Source: Schizosaccharomyces osmophilus
Lineage: Eukaryota
Direction: 5' to 3'
Assembly: GCF_027921745.1 (NCBI RefSeq)
Contig: NC_079239.1
Coordinates: 1,736,001-1,800,000 of the forward strand
Length of the DNA: 64,000 bases
Of this stretch, positions 45,912 through 57,598 are shown piece by piece. Every line of letters starts with the position of its first letter. The stretch's first letter is position 1. The translations under genes and the position numbers were made by a program. The notes below the pieces were generated by a model. The model saw only the letters and a list, made by a program, of their open reading frames with translations. It made no database searches and had not been told where the DNA came from.

Positions 45912-48503
45912 ATGAATGCGGGAGAGTTTTTGGCTCAAACACTCTCGCCAGATGCAAATGTGCGTCTAAACGCGGAAAAGCAGCTAGAAAATGCTGCCCG
46001 TACTGACTTTGCTCAGTACATGCTCTTGCTCACTCAGGAACTGGCTAATGAAAGTTCTGCCTCATACATTCGTATGGCTGCTGGTTTGGCGCTGAAAAAT
46101 TCGATAACTGCACGGGAGGCTGCTCGTAAAGTAGAATATGAACAACTATGGCAATCACTACCCATTGAAGTGAAGCACCAAGTAAAAATTGGTGCATTAC
46201 AAACGTTGGCTTCTCAAGAACATCAGGCTGGTCAATCTGCTGCTCAATTGGTTGCAGCTATCGCCGCTTATGAATTAACACTCAATCAATGGCCCGATTT
46301 GATGGTTACTTTGGTTGCCAATGTCGGAGATGGTCAACCGTCGTCTCTCAAACAACACTCTTTACAAACCATTGGTTATATCTCTGAGGCAGTTCCTTCC
46401 GAGATTTTGTCCACACAATCAAATGCTATTCTAACTGCAGTGGTTGCTGGTGCTCGCAAGGAAGAGCCGGACGTCGTCGTTCGCCTAGCTGCCTTAGGCG
46501 CTTTATATGATTCTCTTGAATTTGTTCGCGATAACTTCAACAATGAAGCTGAACGTAACTATATCATGCAAGTGGTTTGCGAGGCCACACAAAGTCCCGA
46601 AGCCCCCGTTCAAACCGCTGCTTTTGGATGCTTGGTCAAAATCATGCACCTTTACTATGATTTAATGCCATTTTACATGGAGAAGGCTCTTTTTGCTCTT
46701 ACAACTCAAGGGATGTATAATCCGAATGAACAGGTTTCTTTGCAGGCTGTTGAGTTTTGGAGTACCGTTTGTGAAGAAGAAATCGAAGTTAATCTTGAAG
46801 TTCAAGAGGCCCAGGAACTCAACGAAGAGCCCTCTAGGGAAAATCATGAGTTTGCTAGAGCAGGAGCAGCTGATATCTTACCGGTTTTGCTTGAACTCCT
46901 TTGTAAGCAAGACGAAGATGCCGACGAGGACGACTGGAATATTTCCATGGCTGCTGCCACTTGCTTACAACTTTTTGCTCAGGTGGTAGGTGATCTTATT
47001 GTGAATCCTGTTTTAGTTTTCGTTGAACAAAACATTCAGTCCCCTGATTGGCACCAACGTGAGGCGGCTGTGATGGCATTTGGTTCAGTCCTTGAAGGCC
47101 CCAATGTTGCCATGCTTACTCCTTTAGTTAATCAGGCTTTGCCTGTTCTCATTCACATGATGAAAGATCCTGTGATTTTTGTAAAAGATACTACAGCTTG
47201 GGCTTTAGGACAGATTTCAAATTTTGTTGCTGAAGCTATAAATCCCGAAGTCCATCTTCCGGAACTTGTCACTGCTCTTTTGACTGGCCTTACTGACAGT
47301 CCCCGTATTGTCGCTAATTGCTGCTGGGCTTTTATGAATCTTGTTTGCCATTTCGCACCTGAGGACAGTCATGACATGTCTTTAATGACACCCTTCTACG
47401 AAGCTATAATTGCAGCTTTACTTCATGTTACTGATCAAAAAGGAAATGAGAGTAATTCCAGGACTTCAGGATACGAAACTTTAAGCACATTTATTACGTT
47501 TAGTGCTGACACCGCTTTACCGATTATAGCCAATGTGTTGACGGTAATAATGTCTCGCTTAGAAATTTCTATACAAGTACAAAATCAAATTTTGGACATT
47601 GAAGAACGTGCTAATCATGATGAGCTTCAATCTAATCTTTGTAACGTTATTACTAGCATAATTCGTCGTTTTGGACCTGATATCAGATCAACATCTGATC
47701 AAATCATGACTTTATTACTACAAACTATGCAAACTGCACCTAAGCAATCGGTAGTCCACGAGGATGTGCTGTTAGCTGTTGGTGCTATGATGAATTCTTT
47801 AGAGGAACAATTCGAAGTATATGTTTCTTCTTTTGCTCCTTATTTATCCATCGCTTTGAGCAATGAGCAAGAGTATCAGCTATGCTCCGTTGCTGTTGGT
47901 TTGGTTGGCGACTTGGCTCGTGCTCTGAACACGAAAATTCTACCATATTGTAATGAATTTATGACTATCTTGGTTCAGGATTTACAAAGCTCTGTATTGG
48001 ACCGTAATGTCAAGCCTGCTATTCTTTCGTGCTTCAGTGACATTGCACTAGCAATCGGTGCTGCTTTTGAAACCTATTTGGAAGCCGTAATGGTCCTGTT
48101 ACAGCAAGCGTCGTCGGTTCAAGCACCACCTGGAGCTAGTTTTAGCATGATTGATTATGTAGATGCTTTACGTTTGGGAATCGTAGAGGCATTTGTTGGT
48201 ATCACCCAAGCTGTTCGCACTGATAATCGTTTAGACTTAATTCAGCCTTATGTACATAGCATGTTTGCATTGTTGCATATGATTACCAAAGATCGCGAGC
48301 GCACGGAATCCTTAACACGTGCGGCATTGGGCCTGTTGGGAGATTTGGCTGAATCATTTTCCGGTGGTCAATTGAAAGAATATTTCGCAGCAGACTGGAT
48401 AACGGAATTGCTAAATTCTGGAAAAACGAAATTCTGTACTCAACAAACCAAAGATATTTCTCGTTGGGCAACAGAGCAAATTAAACGTCAAGCCAGATTT
48501 TAG
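45912..48503 (+). CDS. kap95: importin beta-1
   Basis: IBN_N domain (AAGLALKN), HEAT repeats, EFWSTVCEEE and acidic loop DEDADEDDWN. Confidence 0.97.
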   Translation: MNAGEFLAQTLSPDANVRLNAEKQLENAARTDFAQYMLLLTQELANESSASYIRMAAGLALKNSITAREAARKVEYEQLWQSLPIEVKHQVKIGALQTLASQEHQAGQSAAQLVAAIAAYELTLNQWPDLMVTLVANVGDGQPSSLKQHSLQTIGYISEAVPSEILSTQSNAILTAVVAGARKEEPDVVVRLAALGALYDSLEFVRDNFNNEAERNYIMQVVCEATQSPEAPVQTAAFGCLVKIMHLYYDLMPFYMEKALFALTTQGMYNPNEQVSLQAVEFWSTVCEEEIEVNLEVQEAQELNEEPSRENHEFARAGAADILPVLLELLCKQDEDADEDDWNISMAAATCLQLFAQVVGDLIVNPVLVFVEQNIQSPDWHQREAAVMAFGSVLEGPNVAMLTPLVNQALPVLIHMMKDPVIFVKDTTAWALGQISNFVAEAINPEVHLPELVTALLTGLTDSPRIVANCCWAFMNLVCHFAPEDSHDMSLMTPFYEAIIAALLHVTDQKGNESNSRTSGYETLSTFITFSADTALPIIANVLTVIMSRLEISIQVQNQILDIEERANHDELQSNLCNVITSIIRRFGPDIRSTSDQIMTLLLQTMQTAPKQSVVHEDVLLAVGAMMNSLEEQFEVYVSSFAPYLSIALSNEQEYQLCSVAVGLVGDLARALNTKILPYCNEFMTILVQDLQSSVLDRNVKPAILSCFSDIALAIGAAFETYLEAVMVLLQQASSVQAPPGASFSMIDYVDALRLGIVEAFVGITQAVRTDNRLDLIQPYVHSMFALLHMITKDRERTESLTRAALGLLGDLAESFSGGQLKEYFAADWITELLNSGKTKFCTQQTKDISRWATEQIKRQARF

Positions 48504-49216
48504 TTATGGAAAACGAATGCAACTGCTATTAGGTTTAGAGGGAAAAATAAAGCACTATGGATATATAAAGGGGATGTAAAAGATGCGAATGTTGAAACTA
48601 TACGGTAACTTAAAAAAACAATCCATTTTTCATAGCACATGCAATATAGAAGGCCTTTCAATCAAATATAGACGTATTCACTTTGAGTACAAAATGTCAG
48701 ATATTGTTATTTAATGAAATTCTACTAGTAAACTTTACATTTCTAATATTATAAGTATGTCGTTTCATAGTTGAAATGAATTTGAATTGGCATGGTAGAT
48801 ACCCCGTCATTTGTCGTTTTAGTTGCCAAGAGACCGTTTCTTACCCACCAATTATTAAAATGTACGGTTTCCGAGAACATTACTAATCATAGCGGAGATT
48901 CTATAGAGAAAAGTAACTAAGTTGAGCATATTGATCAAGCCCATTTATTTAGAAGAACAACCGTTGACTACGCGACATAGTTTCTTTTGTGTTTCATGTA
49001 CTGTAGTACGTTTGTTTTTTCGAAATTGCATTCAGTACCCTTAAATCGAGGAAAATCGCAAATAACTCCTCCAATTGTATTATCTCTTTTGGATCGTTCA
49101 GTTCTGTAACTGGCTGAACATTGACTTATTTTTTTCTATAAACACCCCAGCTAGGCAAGACTCGCGACAATTATACTCTTATTCTAAATATTTTTTTTTA
49201 AAAACATTCAACTCCA

Positions 49217-50770
49217 ATGGATCCTAACAATCGACACTCACAGTCTGATATATACAGCACTGATCAAGAACCTTATGGCGCTGGTAGTTCTTTCGGTACC
49301 GAACTACCAGATAAATTTAGGGATATGTCAAAAAGCTTTAGCAATTTGTCTATGTCAAATATTGGCCATGACTTATCGATGGATTACATGAGAAGTCCTT
49401 CTACAGTTCGTTCTTCGAAAATACGCTGGGCAAGAAAAAATCCCAGATTTGATCCGGATAATAGGAAGCGTCAACATGATCGTGTAAAACATAGTGCTTC
49501 GAATAACTGCAAGCTTCACCTTTCATTACAAAACCACGCTGCTGCTCAATTACGTTCCGACTCTTTATTATTACAAGCAAGTGATAAAAGAGATTTGACG
49601 AGCCTAGTAACCAGAGTGAAAGAGCTAGCAGCAAAGCTCAGTGCCGCCAGATTAACTTTTCGTTTTCGTAGAGTTTTGCTTATTTCAAGCGATGGGCCGA
49701 ATTCTTTGAAAGCAGCTGTTCAAGTGACACAATGGCTTTTAGATAACTTTGTAGAATCTTCTGCTCAGCAGGATTTTGGATCCAGTTCTACGGACTCTCA
49801 AGCCCAAATGTCATCGCCTAGCTCTAATGATCGTTCAGGAAGTCCTCCGCTTCTAGAGAAGAACTATAGTTCAAAAAGCCTCAAGAGCAGATTTTTTATT
49901 TATTTGGAAGAAAAGTTATCTACTCTTCCAGAATTTGAAAGTTTTATTCCTAAGGAAAACGTCCGACTTTGGTCTGCTGAGCTTTGCACTCAACAGCCCA
50001 ATGTTTTTGACTGTGTGATTACTATAGGGGATGATAGCACGGCTTTACGTGCTAGTTGGTTATTCCAAGATGTTGTCCCTCCTGTTATTTCATATAGTAT
50101 TGCAAATCCAGGTTTTCTTAGTGTTCTTCCTATCAACAACTATCAGCAGACGTTGGATGTAATTTTTAGGAAAGGATTTACTGTCAATCTTAGGATGAGG
50201 TTTCAATGTTCAATAATGCGTTATGTTGGTGAGAAGAAAACACACATTTGTGAAGGCCAGTTCTCGGTCTTAAATGAACTCCTAATTGATAGAGGTCCAA
50301 ATCCTTTCATGATTATGCTAGATTTATATGTTGATAATGTGTTTATAACATGTCTCCAATCAGACGGGGTGTGCGTGTCGACTCCCACTGGTTCAACTGC
50401 GTACTCTGTGGCAGCAGGAGGTTCATTATGCCATCCAGGAATCCCGGCAATTTTAATTAGTGCAATTTGCCCACATAGTCTTTCTTTCCGCCCTATAATA
50501 TTACCGGACAGTATAACTTTGAGAATTGTCGTACCTTTGGATGCACGAAGCAATGCTTGGTGTGCTTTTGATGGTCACCATCGTGTTGAACTTGGTTTAG
50601 GTGATTATATTTCAGTTTCTGCATCTCCTTTCCCTTTCCCTTCTTTCAATCGTTCTGAACATTCTGCCGATTGGTTTGATGTTTTACGGCAGACACTCAA
50701 CTGGAATGACCGCAAAAATCGCCAAAGAGCCCACCACTCGAGAGAGTTTGGCTTGGGCTTACGCGAATAA
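49217..50770 (+). CDS. NAD/NADH kinase family protein (Utr1/Yef1-like)
   Basis: VLNE, DGVCVSTPTGSTAYSVAAGG and ICPHSLSFRP motifs. The GGDG motif appears as GDDS. Confidence 0.88.
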   Translation: MDPNNRHSQSDIYSTDQEPYGAGSSFGTELPDKFRDMSKSFSNLSMSNIGHDLSMDYMRSPSTVRSSKIRWARKNPRFDPDNRKRQHDRVKHSASNNCKLHLSLQNHAAAQLRSDSLLLQASDKRDLTSLVTRVKELAAKLSAARLTFRFRRVLLISSDGPNSLKAAVQVTQWLLDNFVESSAQQDFGSSSTDSQAQMSSPSSNDRSGSPPLLEKNYSSKSLKSRFFIYLEEKLSTLPEFESFIPKENVRLWSAELCTQQPNVFDCVITIGDDSTALRASWLFQDVVPPVISYSIANPGFLSVLPINNYQQTLDVIFRKGFTVNLRMRFQCSIMRYVGEKKTHICEGQFSVLNELLIDRGPNPFMIMLDLYVDNVFITCLQSDGVCVSTPTGSTAYSVAAGGSLCHPGIPAILISAICPHSLSFRPIILPDSITLRIVVPLDARSNAWCAFDGHHRVELGLGDYISVSASPFPFPSFNRSEHSADWFDVLRQTLNWNDRKNRQRAHHSREFGLGLRE

Positions 50771-51239
50771 TAAAGTAGGCGAACTTTTTGAAGGACTTCA
50801 TTGGGAAATCTGCGCTTTCATTATTGTTATATCTGACCCATGTTTTTTATGTATATTATATTTAGTTATTGTCTAAATAATGTCAAGTAATGATAAATAA
50901 ACCGCTATTTCATGCTTTATATTATCCGTACTGTGTCATGGCTTAATATATATGACTTTTGTAGGTATTGGTTTGAAATTTTGGATTGATTCGTAATTCA
51001 TCTCATTGAATTTACCTAGCATAAAGTTCATTGTTTATGAAGTAGTCTATGAGTATATCAAATTAAGCATATTCAGAGATCAAAAAGTGAAATAAATGAA
51101 AGTAACCAGAGATTAAAGATTTTAAGAATATTATTACAACGCAGGCCATGAAATATTATGATAAAAAAGTAACAAGACACGAAACAAGTAAATATGTTTT
51201 AACTGAAAAAAAAAAAAATGTCGTAATTCGGCCATCAGC

Positions 51240-52517
51240 TTAACAATTTTGATAATCTAGAAAATCACTGTACACATGTACAAGATCGGGCGTAATGCTT
51301 TGTGAATGCTGCGATCGGCGATGATCCAGGGCTGCGGATAAGGATATAAATTCTCGACAGTCTTCGCAGTATGCAACTCTTAAGTTGGCCAACCGTAGAC
51401 GTAGCTTTTCACTTACAATCGCAGCAGGGGTATCGCGATACAAAGGACAAAGAGTGGCAGCAGAGGGAGGAGCACCATAACCTAAAGCGGTAGCAACAAG
51501 AGCATCAGTACCTTTAGAAAATCGTGAATCATACGAGGGGTGGATAGGCTGTTGAACGAGGGAAGAAGCAATGGAAACGTCAGAAGGCATAGAATTTTGT
51601 AATAAAGAGGAATTAGGATTGTTTGGAGCAAACATATTCATGGAATGACTATAGGCATTAGGAGTGCGAGCAAGAGGATGGGTGGAATAGTCTTGTTGAC
51701 GGGCAAAAGGGTGATGATTGTGTTGCTGTTGAGAAACGTTTGCCAGCGACTCTGCAGCGTCTACTAAAGAGCTATTTATATTTCGTGAAACATCAGGAGT
51801 ATGAACACCGTTCGTTAAGTTATTGGCAGCAGCAACGGCAGCCGCAGCAACTGCAGCGTTGGTAGACGCATTTGGGTCGCCAACTTGAGATGGATGCGGG
51901 CCAGGGGTTAAACTATCTTGTGTATGACCCCGACGAAACCGGCGCCTGGAATCAGTTAAAGAATGAAGGTCCTCGTGAGGTGGAACTTTATTGATCTCTG
52001 GAGGGATATTGTTGGGGTCCATGGCTAGAAAGCTCGGACATTGCTTCGCGTGGGAAGCAAAGTTTACCGGGCGTCGCCAATTTTGACGGCCGCAAACGCA
52101 CTGAAACCGACCATTTTCATTTCTTCTCCAAACGTACCTGCGTCTGCCGATGATAACGACGGTTTCGGGTTGATGATATGTCCGCTTGTGATTTGTTAAA
52201 CCAGACTGTTTTGCAAAGACCATGTCACATTTATCACATCTATACATTGTGGTGGCAGTGGGAGAAGGAGGAATACCGGTAGAAGGGTGTTTGGGAGGAT
52301 TCGGGGTAGCTCCAGCACTTGCAGGAGTAATTGTGGTTGGTGGAGGAGCACCGTGATGAGGGCCTGTGTTGGTTGCAGTGGATCCTGTAGAGATTGGATC
52401 TTGACCTGTAGCTGTAGAGATGGTAGCAACGGGTACGGAGGATGTAGTAGGAGAATGAGTAGGATCTTCTTTTTTTAAATTCGAGTCATCCATAATTTGC
52501 CGAGGCGCAATGGACAT
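51240..52517 (-). CDS. deb1: C2H2 zinc-finger transcription factor Deb1/Rdp1
   Basis: [24 protein letters not shown] finger, further Cys/His clusters and a poly-Ala tract. Name assigned from recalled synteny. Confidence 0.8.
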   Translation of the reverse strand: MSIAPRQIMDDSNLKKEDPTHSPTTSSVPVATISTATGQDPISTGSTATNTGPHHGAPPPTTITPASAGATPNPPKHPSTGIPPSPTATTMYRCDKCDMVFAKQSGLTNHKRTYHQPETVVIIGRRRYVWRRNENGRFQCVCGRQNWRRPVNFASHAKQCPSFLAMDPNNIPPEINKVPPHEDLHSLTDSRRRFRRGHTQDSLTPGPHPSQVGDPNASTNAAVAAAAVAAANNLTNGVHTPDVSRNINSSLVDAAESLANVSQQQHNHHPFARQQDYSTHPLARTPNAYSHSMNMFAPNNPNSSLLQNSMPSDVSIASSLVQQPIHPSYDSRFSKGTDALVATALGYGAPPSAATLCPLYRDTPAAIVSEKLRLRLANLRVAYCEDCREFISLSAALDHRRSQHSQSITPDLVHVYSDFLDYQNC

Positions 52518-53715
52518 AATACGGAAGGGAGAAAGAAAAGGAAAGGCAGGAAATCTGGGTTTTTGAAGTTAGGGACGTAACGGCGATTCTAAAAGTTTTG
52601 CAGTAAGACGGACGGAAGAAAGAATGTGAATGGAAATGAAAAAGAAACAATGCAAACGGCTCAAAAAGGAGAACAAGAATGCAAATCAATGTCTCGTAAA
52701 TCGAAAATCTATATACAAGAAACCAGAACTTCCCAACAACAATCGCTGTTAAGACCAAAGAAGAAGAATTAGAAAAATTAAATTAAAGAAACAATTAAAA
52801 TGAATTCTAAAGTTCAGGTAGCTTGAAAAGAACCTTCGACAATGTAAGAAAAACTCGATGGCTTTGACGATAACGTTTCAGAGAAAGGCGATATTCCACA
52901 GTGGCGAGGTGCTAACGAATGTTTCCAAAATCAAATTCAACCTCACACCAAATAAACACTTAGTGGATGGACTCAACGCTTCAGCAACCTTTTCTCTTCC
53001 TAATCCTTGTGAGTTAGTCTCTCTCTGTTATTCGTTTTGTTACTAGTGGGCTTTTCTCTCTTGTGACCTGAGCAAACATTGAAAACCATTCTCAGATTGA
53101 ATGAAAAGACCACCCCTTTTTTATGCATATCAAACGTATGCAAGAAAATTATGAAACTTACCTTTTATAAACCGTATAAACACGTTTTGCTCGCTTTTTG
53201 TCAGCAAACCAAATTTTTTGCGTTTGGAGTAGTGTTGTTGGTAAGTAGCAGGAAGGTAGCAAATGAGTAGCAAAATGAATTTACGGTAACGGATTGAGCC
53301 CGTTAAAAAAACCACGAGTAACACCATAGAGTAACAAATACATCTGTCTCGAAAGCAAGGAAGTTGTGCTGGTGGAAAGGTAGAAGGCTTTTTTACATTT
53401 AAGCATATCAATTGTTAATCTCTAAAGTTTTCTTTTTCTTTCTCTGGTTTGGTTTGCTCTGAACAATTCATCAACAAGCATCTTCACCTTTAGAGCGAGG
53501 GAAGGAAACAAAGAGAAACTATTAATCGAAAGTTCGTTTTCGCTTATTCGACTTTCATTTCTTTTTTGGTGAGAGGTACTTTATTAACACAGCTATTCCT
53601 CACTTGGATCTAGTGAATCAATTCTTTCTTCCTTGTTCTCGGCTGTCACTTGAAGTTCGTTTCATACATCTCTCCATTCTATCGATTTGTTTATTTTCTT
53701 TATTCTTTAACGAAA

Positions 53716-54246
53716 ATGGATACGAATGATTGTGTTCTATCACTAATCGATGAGCTGGAACATCGACATCAAATTCTATCTCGTCTTCAAACTCAGTTCC
53801 AACAGGCACGCGAATTTTCTTTGACGGAAGCTAACATGTTTTCCTAGGCATTTCTCCAGCTTACCAAAAAAAAGGCTCAATATCCATCGTATACTGCTCA
53901 ACTCCCAGCTGCGACGATTTCCAAACATCCCCGATGCTCTGTTCGCTTGGATGCCATGGAAGCGTCTTCATCAACAAAACATTTCAACATTTCATCTGCT
54001 TTGCAGGTTCGTTTACAAAGCCATTCACCCACGATGAAACCCTTTATCCAGTCGGTGAGCTTTGATATTGTCGGCCATGACTTTTTATCCTGCTTACAAG
54101 AAGTTGCGCTCTTATGTCAGTCGAATCAAACCATTCAATTGTTATTGGAGTCCATACAAAACGAATCCACAAAGTGAGTTGTTCCTCCTCTAATCATAAG
54201 AAATCAAGTTAGCACTGACGTCCAATCGACTAGGCCAAGAGGATGA
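53716..54246 (+). CDS. small coiled-coil protein, Vma22/CCDC115-like
   Basis: Exon 53716-53805, GC-AG intron, exon 53848-54173, and an optional last exon 54234-54246 (the unspliced stop is at 54177). LSLIDEL...QFQQAFLQL and FLSCLQEVALLCQSN resemble the Vma22 helices by eye. Confidence 0.55.
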
Positions 54247-54904
54247 AGCTTCTTGTCTTTTTTATCAGGATTTCACACAGGTATTGAGTAAGACGCGTGG
54301 TCGTATGTCATCTTTTCATGTAATGTCTTCTCTCGTCTATTGCCAAGGTTCCTCATCCTATGTCACAAAACTCTCCCATCTAGTGTCGTGGTTTGGCATC
54401 AGGTACCGCTCAGACGTGAAATATGAAAAGAAACGCATTCCATAAACTGCCTATGACGGCAGGTCTTTTTCCTACATTCTCAGTGAAACGTCAGCGTCGC
54501 TCGTGAATTGGTTTCACGCATGGATTCCTGAAAGGACCAGTTCACTCATCGGTTGAACTCTCTTCATTCGTTTCTTTTTTACCTTGAAACCGACCGTAAT
54601 GTAGAATAAAATGTTCTTTGGATAGGAATTCAGGAATTTTGAAAAGTTAGTATAAAACAAAATGCATATATTTTTTTATTTTAATTTATTTATTGAATTA
54701 TTTTCATTATTTTTTTATCAATTTGGTCCATCTTTTATGATCGCACTTGCTTTGTTCACCCAGTGAATACCCGCTACCACAATCCAATCCTTTCTACTTA
54801 TACCACTAACTGTAGCTGACCTCAAGAACCAATCTTTTGTTCATTCAAAGGCAGCTAGCTTTTTTACGATACATATCTTTGAAAATAAATATAATACTTT
54901 AAAG

Positions 54905-55903
54905 ATGTTACATACTCAAAAGACGAATCTTTTGCGAAACTTGCGCTCATTCTCTTCTACCGCTGGTTTAAAGAATGGGGCTTCTTTGTACGAACAAACC
55001 ATCCCTAATTTAATGGTAAATTCGGATACCAAGGTTATTTTCCAAGGTTTCACCGGAAAGCAAGGTACCTTCCATGCTCAACAAGCCTTACAATATGGTA
55101 CCAAAATTGTCGGTGGTACCAACCCCAAGAAGGCTGGTAGCACCCATCTTGACAAACCTGTTTTCGGTAATATCGCCGAAGCTATGAGAGAAACGAAAGC
55201 AAACGCTTCTGGTATCTTTGTTCCTCCCCCATTGGCTGCCGGTGCCATTGAAGAAGCTATTGCAGCTGAAGTTCCCCTTGTGGTTGCCATTACTGAGGGT
55301 ATTCCTCAACATGACATGCTTCGTGTATCTGACATTTTGAAAACTCAAAGCAAGACTCGTTTAGTCGGACCAAACTGCCCCGGTATCATCCGCCCCGGTC
55401 AATGCAAGATCGGCATTATGCCTTCTCATATTCACAAACCCGGTCGTATTGGTATCGTTTCCCGTAGTGGTACCTTGACTTACGAAGCCGTCAACCAGAC
55501 TACTCTAGCTGGTTTGGGTCAAAGCCTCGTCATTGGTATCGGTGGTGATCCTTTCCCCGGAACCAACTTTATTGATGCCTTGAAATTATTCTTGAACGAT
55601 CCCAGTACTGATGGTATCATTTTGATAGGTGAAATTGGTGGTAGCGCTGAGGAAGACGCTGCTGAATATATTAAGCAAGCTAACAAGAGCAAGAGCAACC
55701 CTAAGCCCATTGTTTCTTTTATCGCCGGTGCTACTGCTCCCAAGGGCCGTAGAATGGGCCACGCTGGTGCTATCGTTGCTGGTGGTAAGGGTACCGCTGC
55801 TGCTAAGTTCGAAGCCTTGGAAGGCGCTGGTGTCCGAATTTCTCGCTCTCCCGCTACCCTTGGTAGCCTCCTTGTGGAGGAATTGGACAAGATGAACCAG
55901 TAA
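54905..55903 (+). CDS. sca1: succinyl-CoA ligase alpha subunit, mitochondrial
   Basis: Mitochondrial presequence and motifs [26 protein letters not shown] and MGHAGA (phospho-His). Confidence 0.96.
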   Translation: MLHTQKTNLLRNLRSFSSTAGLKNGASLYEQTIPNLMVNSDTKVIFQGFTGKQGTFHAQQALQYGTKIVGGTNPKKAGSTHLDKPVFGNIAEAMRETKANASGIFVPPPLAAGAIEEAIAAEVPLVVAITEGIPQHDMLRVSDILKTQSKTRLVGPNCPGIIRPGQCKIGIMPSHIHKPGRIGIVSRSGTLTYEAVNQTTLAGLGQSLVIGIGGDPFPGTNFIDALKLFLNDPSTDGIILIGEIGGSAEEDAAEYIKQANKSKSNPKPIVSFIAGATAPKGRRMGHAGAIVAGGKGTAAAKFEALEGAGVRISRSPATLGSLLVEELDKMNQ

Positions 55904-56432
55904 ATCGAATCAATGCGTTCTTGAATGCCCTGTCGTTTCATTGACAAGCTTTCTTTTACTCTTCACTCGGATGAATCAGTACATATTCCCCCCTCTCTCT
56001 GATGTTATATACGAAAGTAGAATAAAAATCAAGTGCACCATTCTACTTTCGACATAATATAGTTACCATACACATGAATTAATAATGCACCAGATGCAAC
56101 ATCATTGTCAACATGGTCATTTCATTTTTATGAATAATAGCTGTTCTCTTTAATTACTCTTTATTTCAGCTGAACTATCATTTCAATCATTGATTTTCCA
56201 TTTATGTATCAGGTAATCACCACTTGTATGCATAATGTTCAAATTAACTCACCTTTGGTAACTCAACATCATAATAAATTCTTTCATAGAAAGCAATTGA
56301 AAAAGAAAACATAGAGATTATTATATCATTCGTTCAATTTTTTTAAGTCATCTATATCATAAGTGTCCTTCATCATTTTGTTCTCAAGATCGTACACAAA
56401 CCAAAACCCCTTAATTTATTTACCAATCCAAC

Positions 56433-57598
56433 TTACGGCTTTGGCAGCATTGCATCCATTGTGCTATTTTTTGCAACCCATTTGGGATCTATAAGCTTTT
56501 GACGCTCTGCATGCAAAAGCTTGTAAGCGATACGAATGGTAGAATCACTAACACCCGTAACCTCCGAAATTTCTTTCGGGGTCTTGGGATACCCCATCAA
56601 CGCAGAAATCATGTATATTCCACTAGCAGCGATCGAAATTGGTGAGCGACCTGCAAGTGTACCCTCCTGTCCGGCTCGACGAGCCAATTCAGCAGCAGCA
56701 GACTGCACAACCATAGGAAGCAGTAAGCGGTTACAGAAACGAACCATGAGATCCTCAGCCGAGGTAGAGCTGCTTTGGATATATTCTTGACCTTTCAAGG
56801 CATCAACGGAATTATGGAGAGCACCACCTTCGGTAAGCATGCGTTGTAATGTCTTATAAACGCGTCCTATCTCTTTTTTGGGGACGTTGGTCAAAGTACA
56901 GATTTCCATAAAAGTTCTAGGAACCTTTCCCTGCCGACAAGCAATATAAATACAGGCAGCTATGATTGATTGCGAAGATTTACCCTTCAAGGCTTTGTGG
57001 TCGTCTACTCTTTTATATAACTGCTTCGCGGTATCTGCAATTACCTTAGGTAAACTGATCGCATCGCACATTGCACCAATTTCCTTATAAGCTGTCAAAA
57101 GGTTCTTTTCACCGCGAACTTGAACGGATCGTCCCTGCGCCTTGGCTAGCATTGCTCCAGTTCCGTCAGCCGAAGAAATGGCGGTATCCAATTGAGATCC
57201 ATTTAAAAGAGGGTTCGCAACTTTACCAACACGGCTGGGATCTCCACCGGCTTCGTCTGAATTTGAAAATGTACGCCACTCACTTCGAGTATCAATTATT
57301 CGATCACCCAAAACCAATCTGTATATTCCTGTTAGTAACTACTATTCTCAAATCTAGCTAATAAAAGAAGAACTTGACAATCATGCGAATGAAAAAAAAA
57401 TCGTCATTTCTTTCATTCAAAGTACATTGGCATGATTGCCAAATCCCCTGTAAAATGAACACACCCGCAGCTTCCACAAACGGTATCACCACTCGAAAAT
57501 TCCTCCACAAGATTAGGAGGATCTTCTCGACATTCAGAGCACATCATTTTAACTGTAAGCATGCTCGAAGGCATACCTGCAAATGTTGGTGCGTTCAT
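56433..57598 (-). CDS. sua7: general transcription factor TFIIB, 2 exons
   Basis: Exon 57598-57465 (zinc ribbon CSEC...CGSCG), a 146 nt intron, and exon 57318-56433 (DTRSEWRTF B-reader, cyclin folds). Confidence 0.95.

Noticed and set aside
54236..54445. About 70-codon open frame downstream of the Vma22-like gene
   Set aside because: Wrong phase for the GTGAGT/TAG intron and no recognisable protein features.
54300..54630. snR30/U17, U3, RNase P or RNase MRP identity for the structured island
   Set aside because: The m1/m2 plus ACA spacing, the U3 boxes and the P4 motifs do not match as I recall them.
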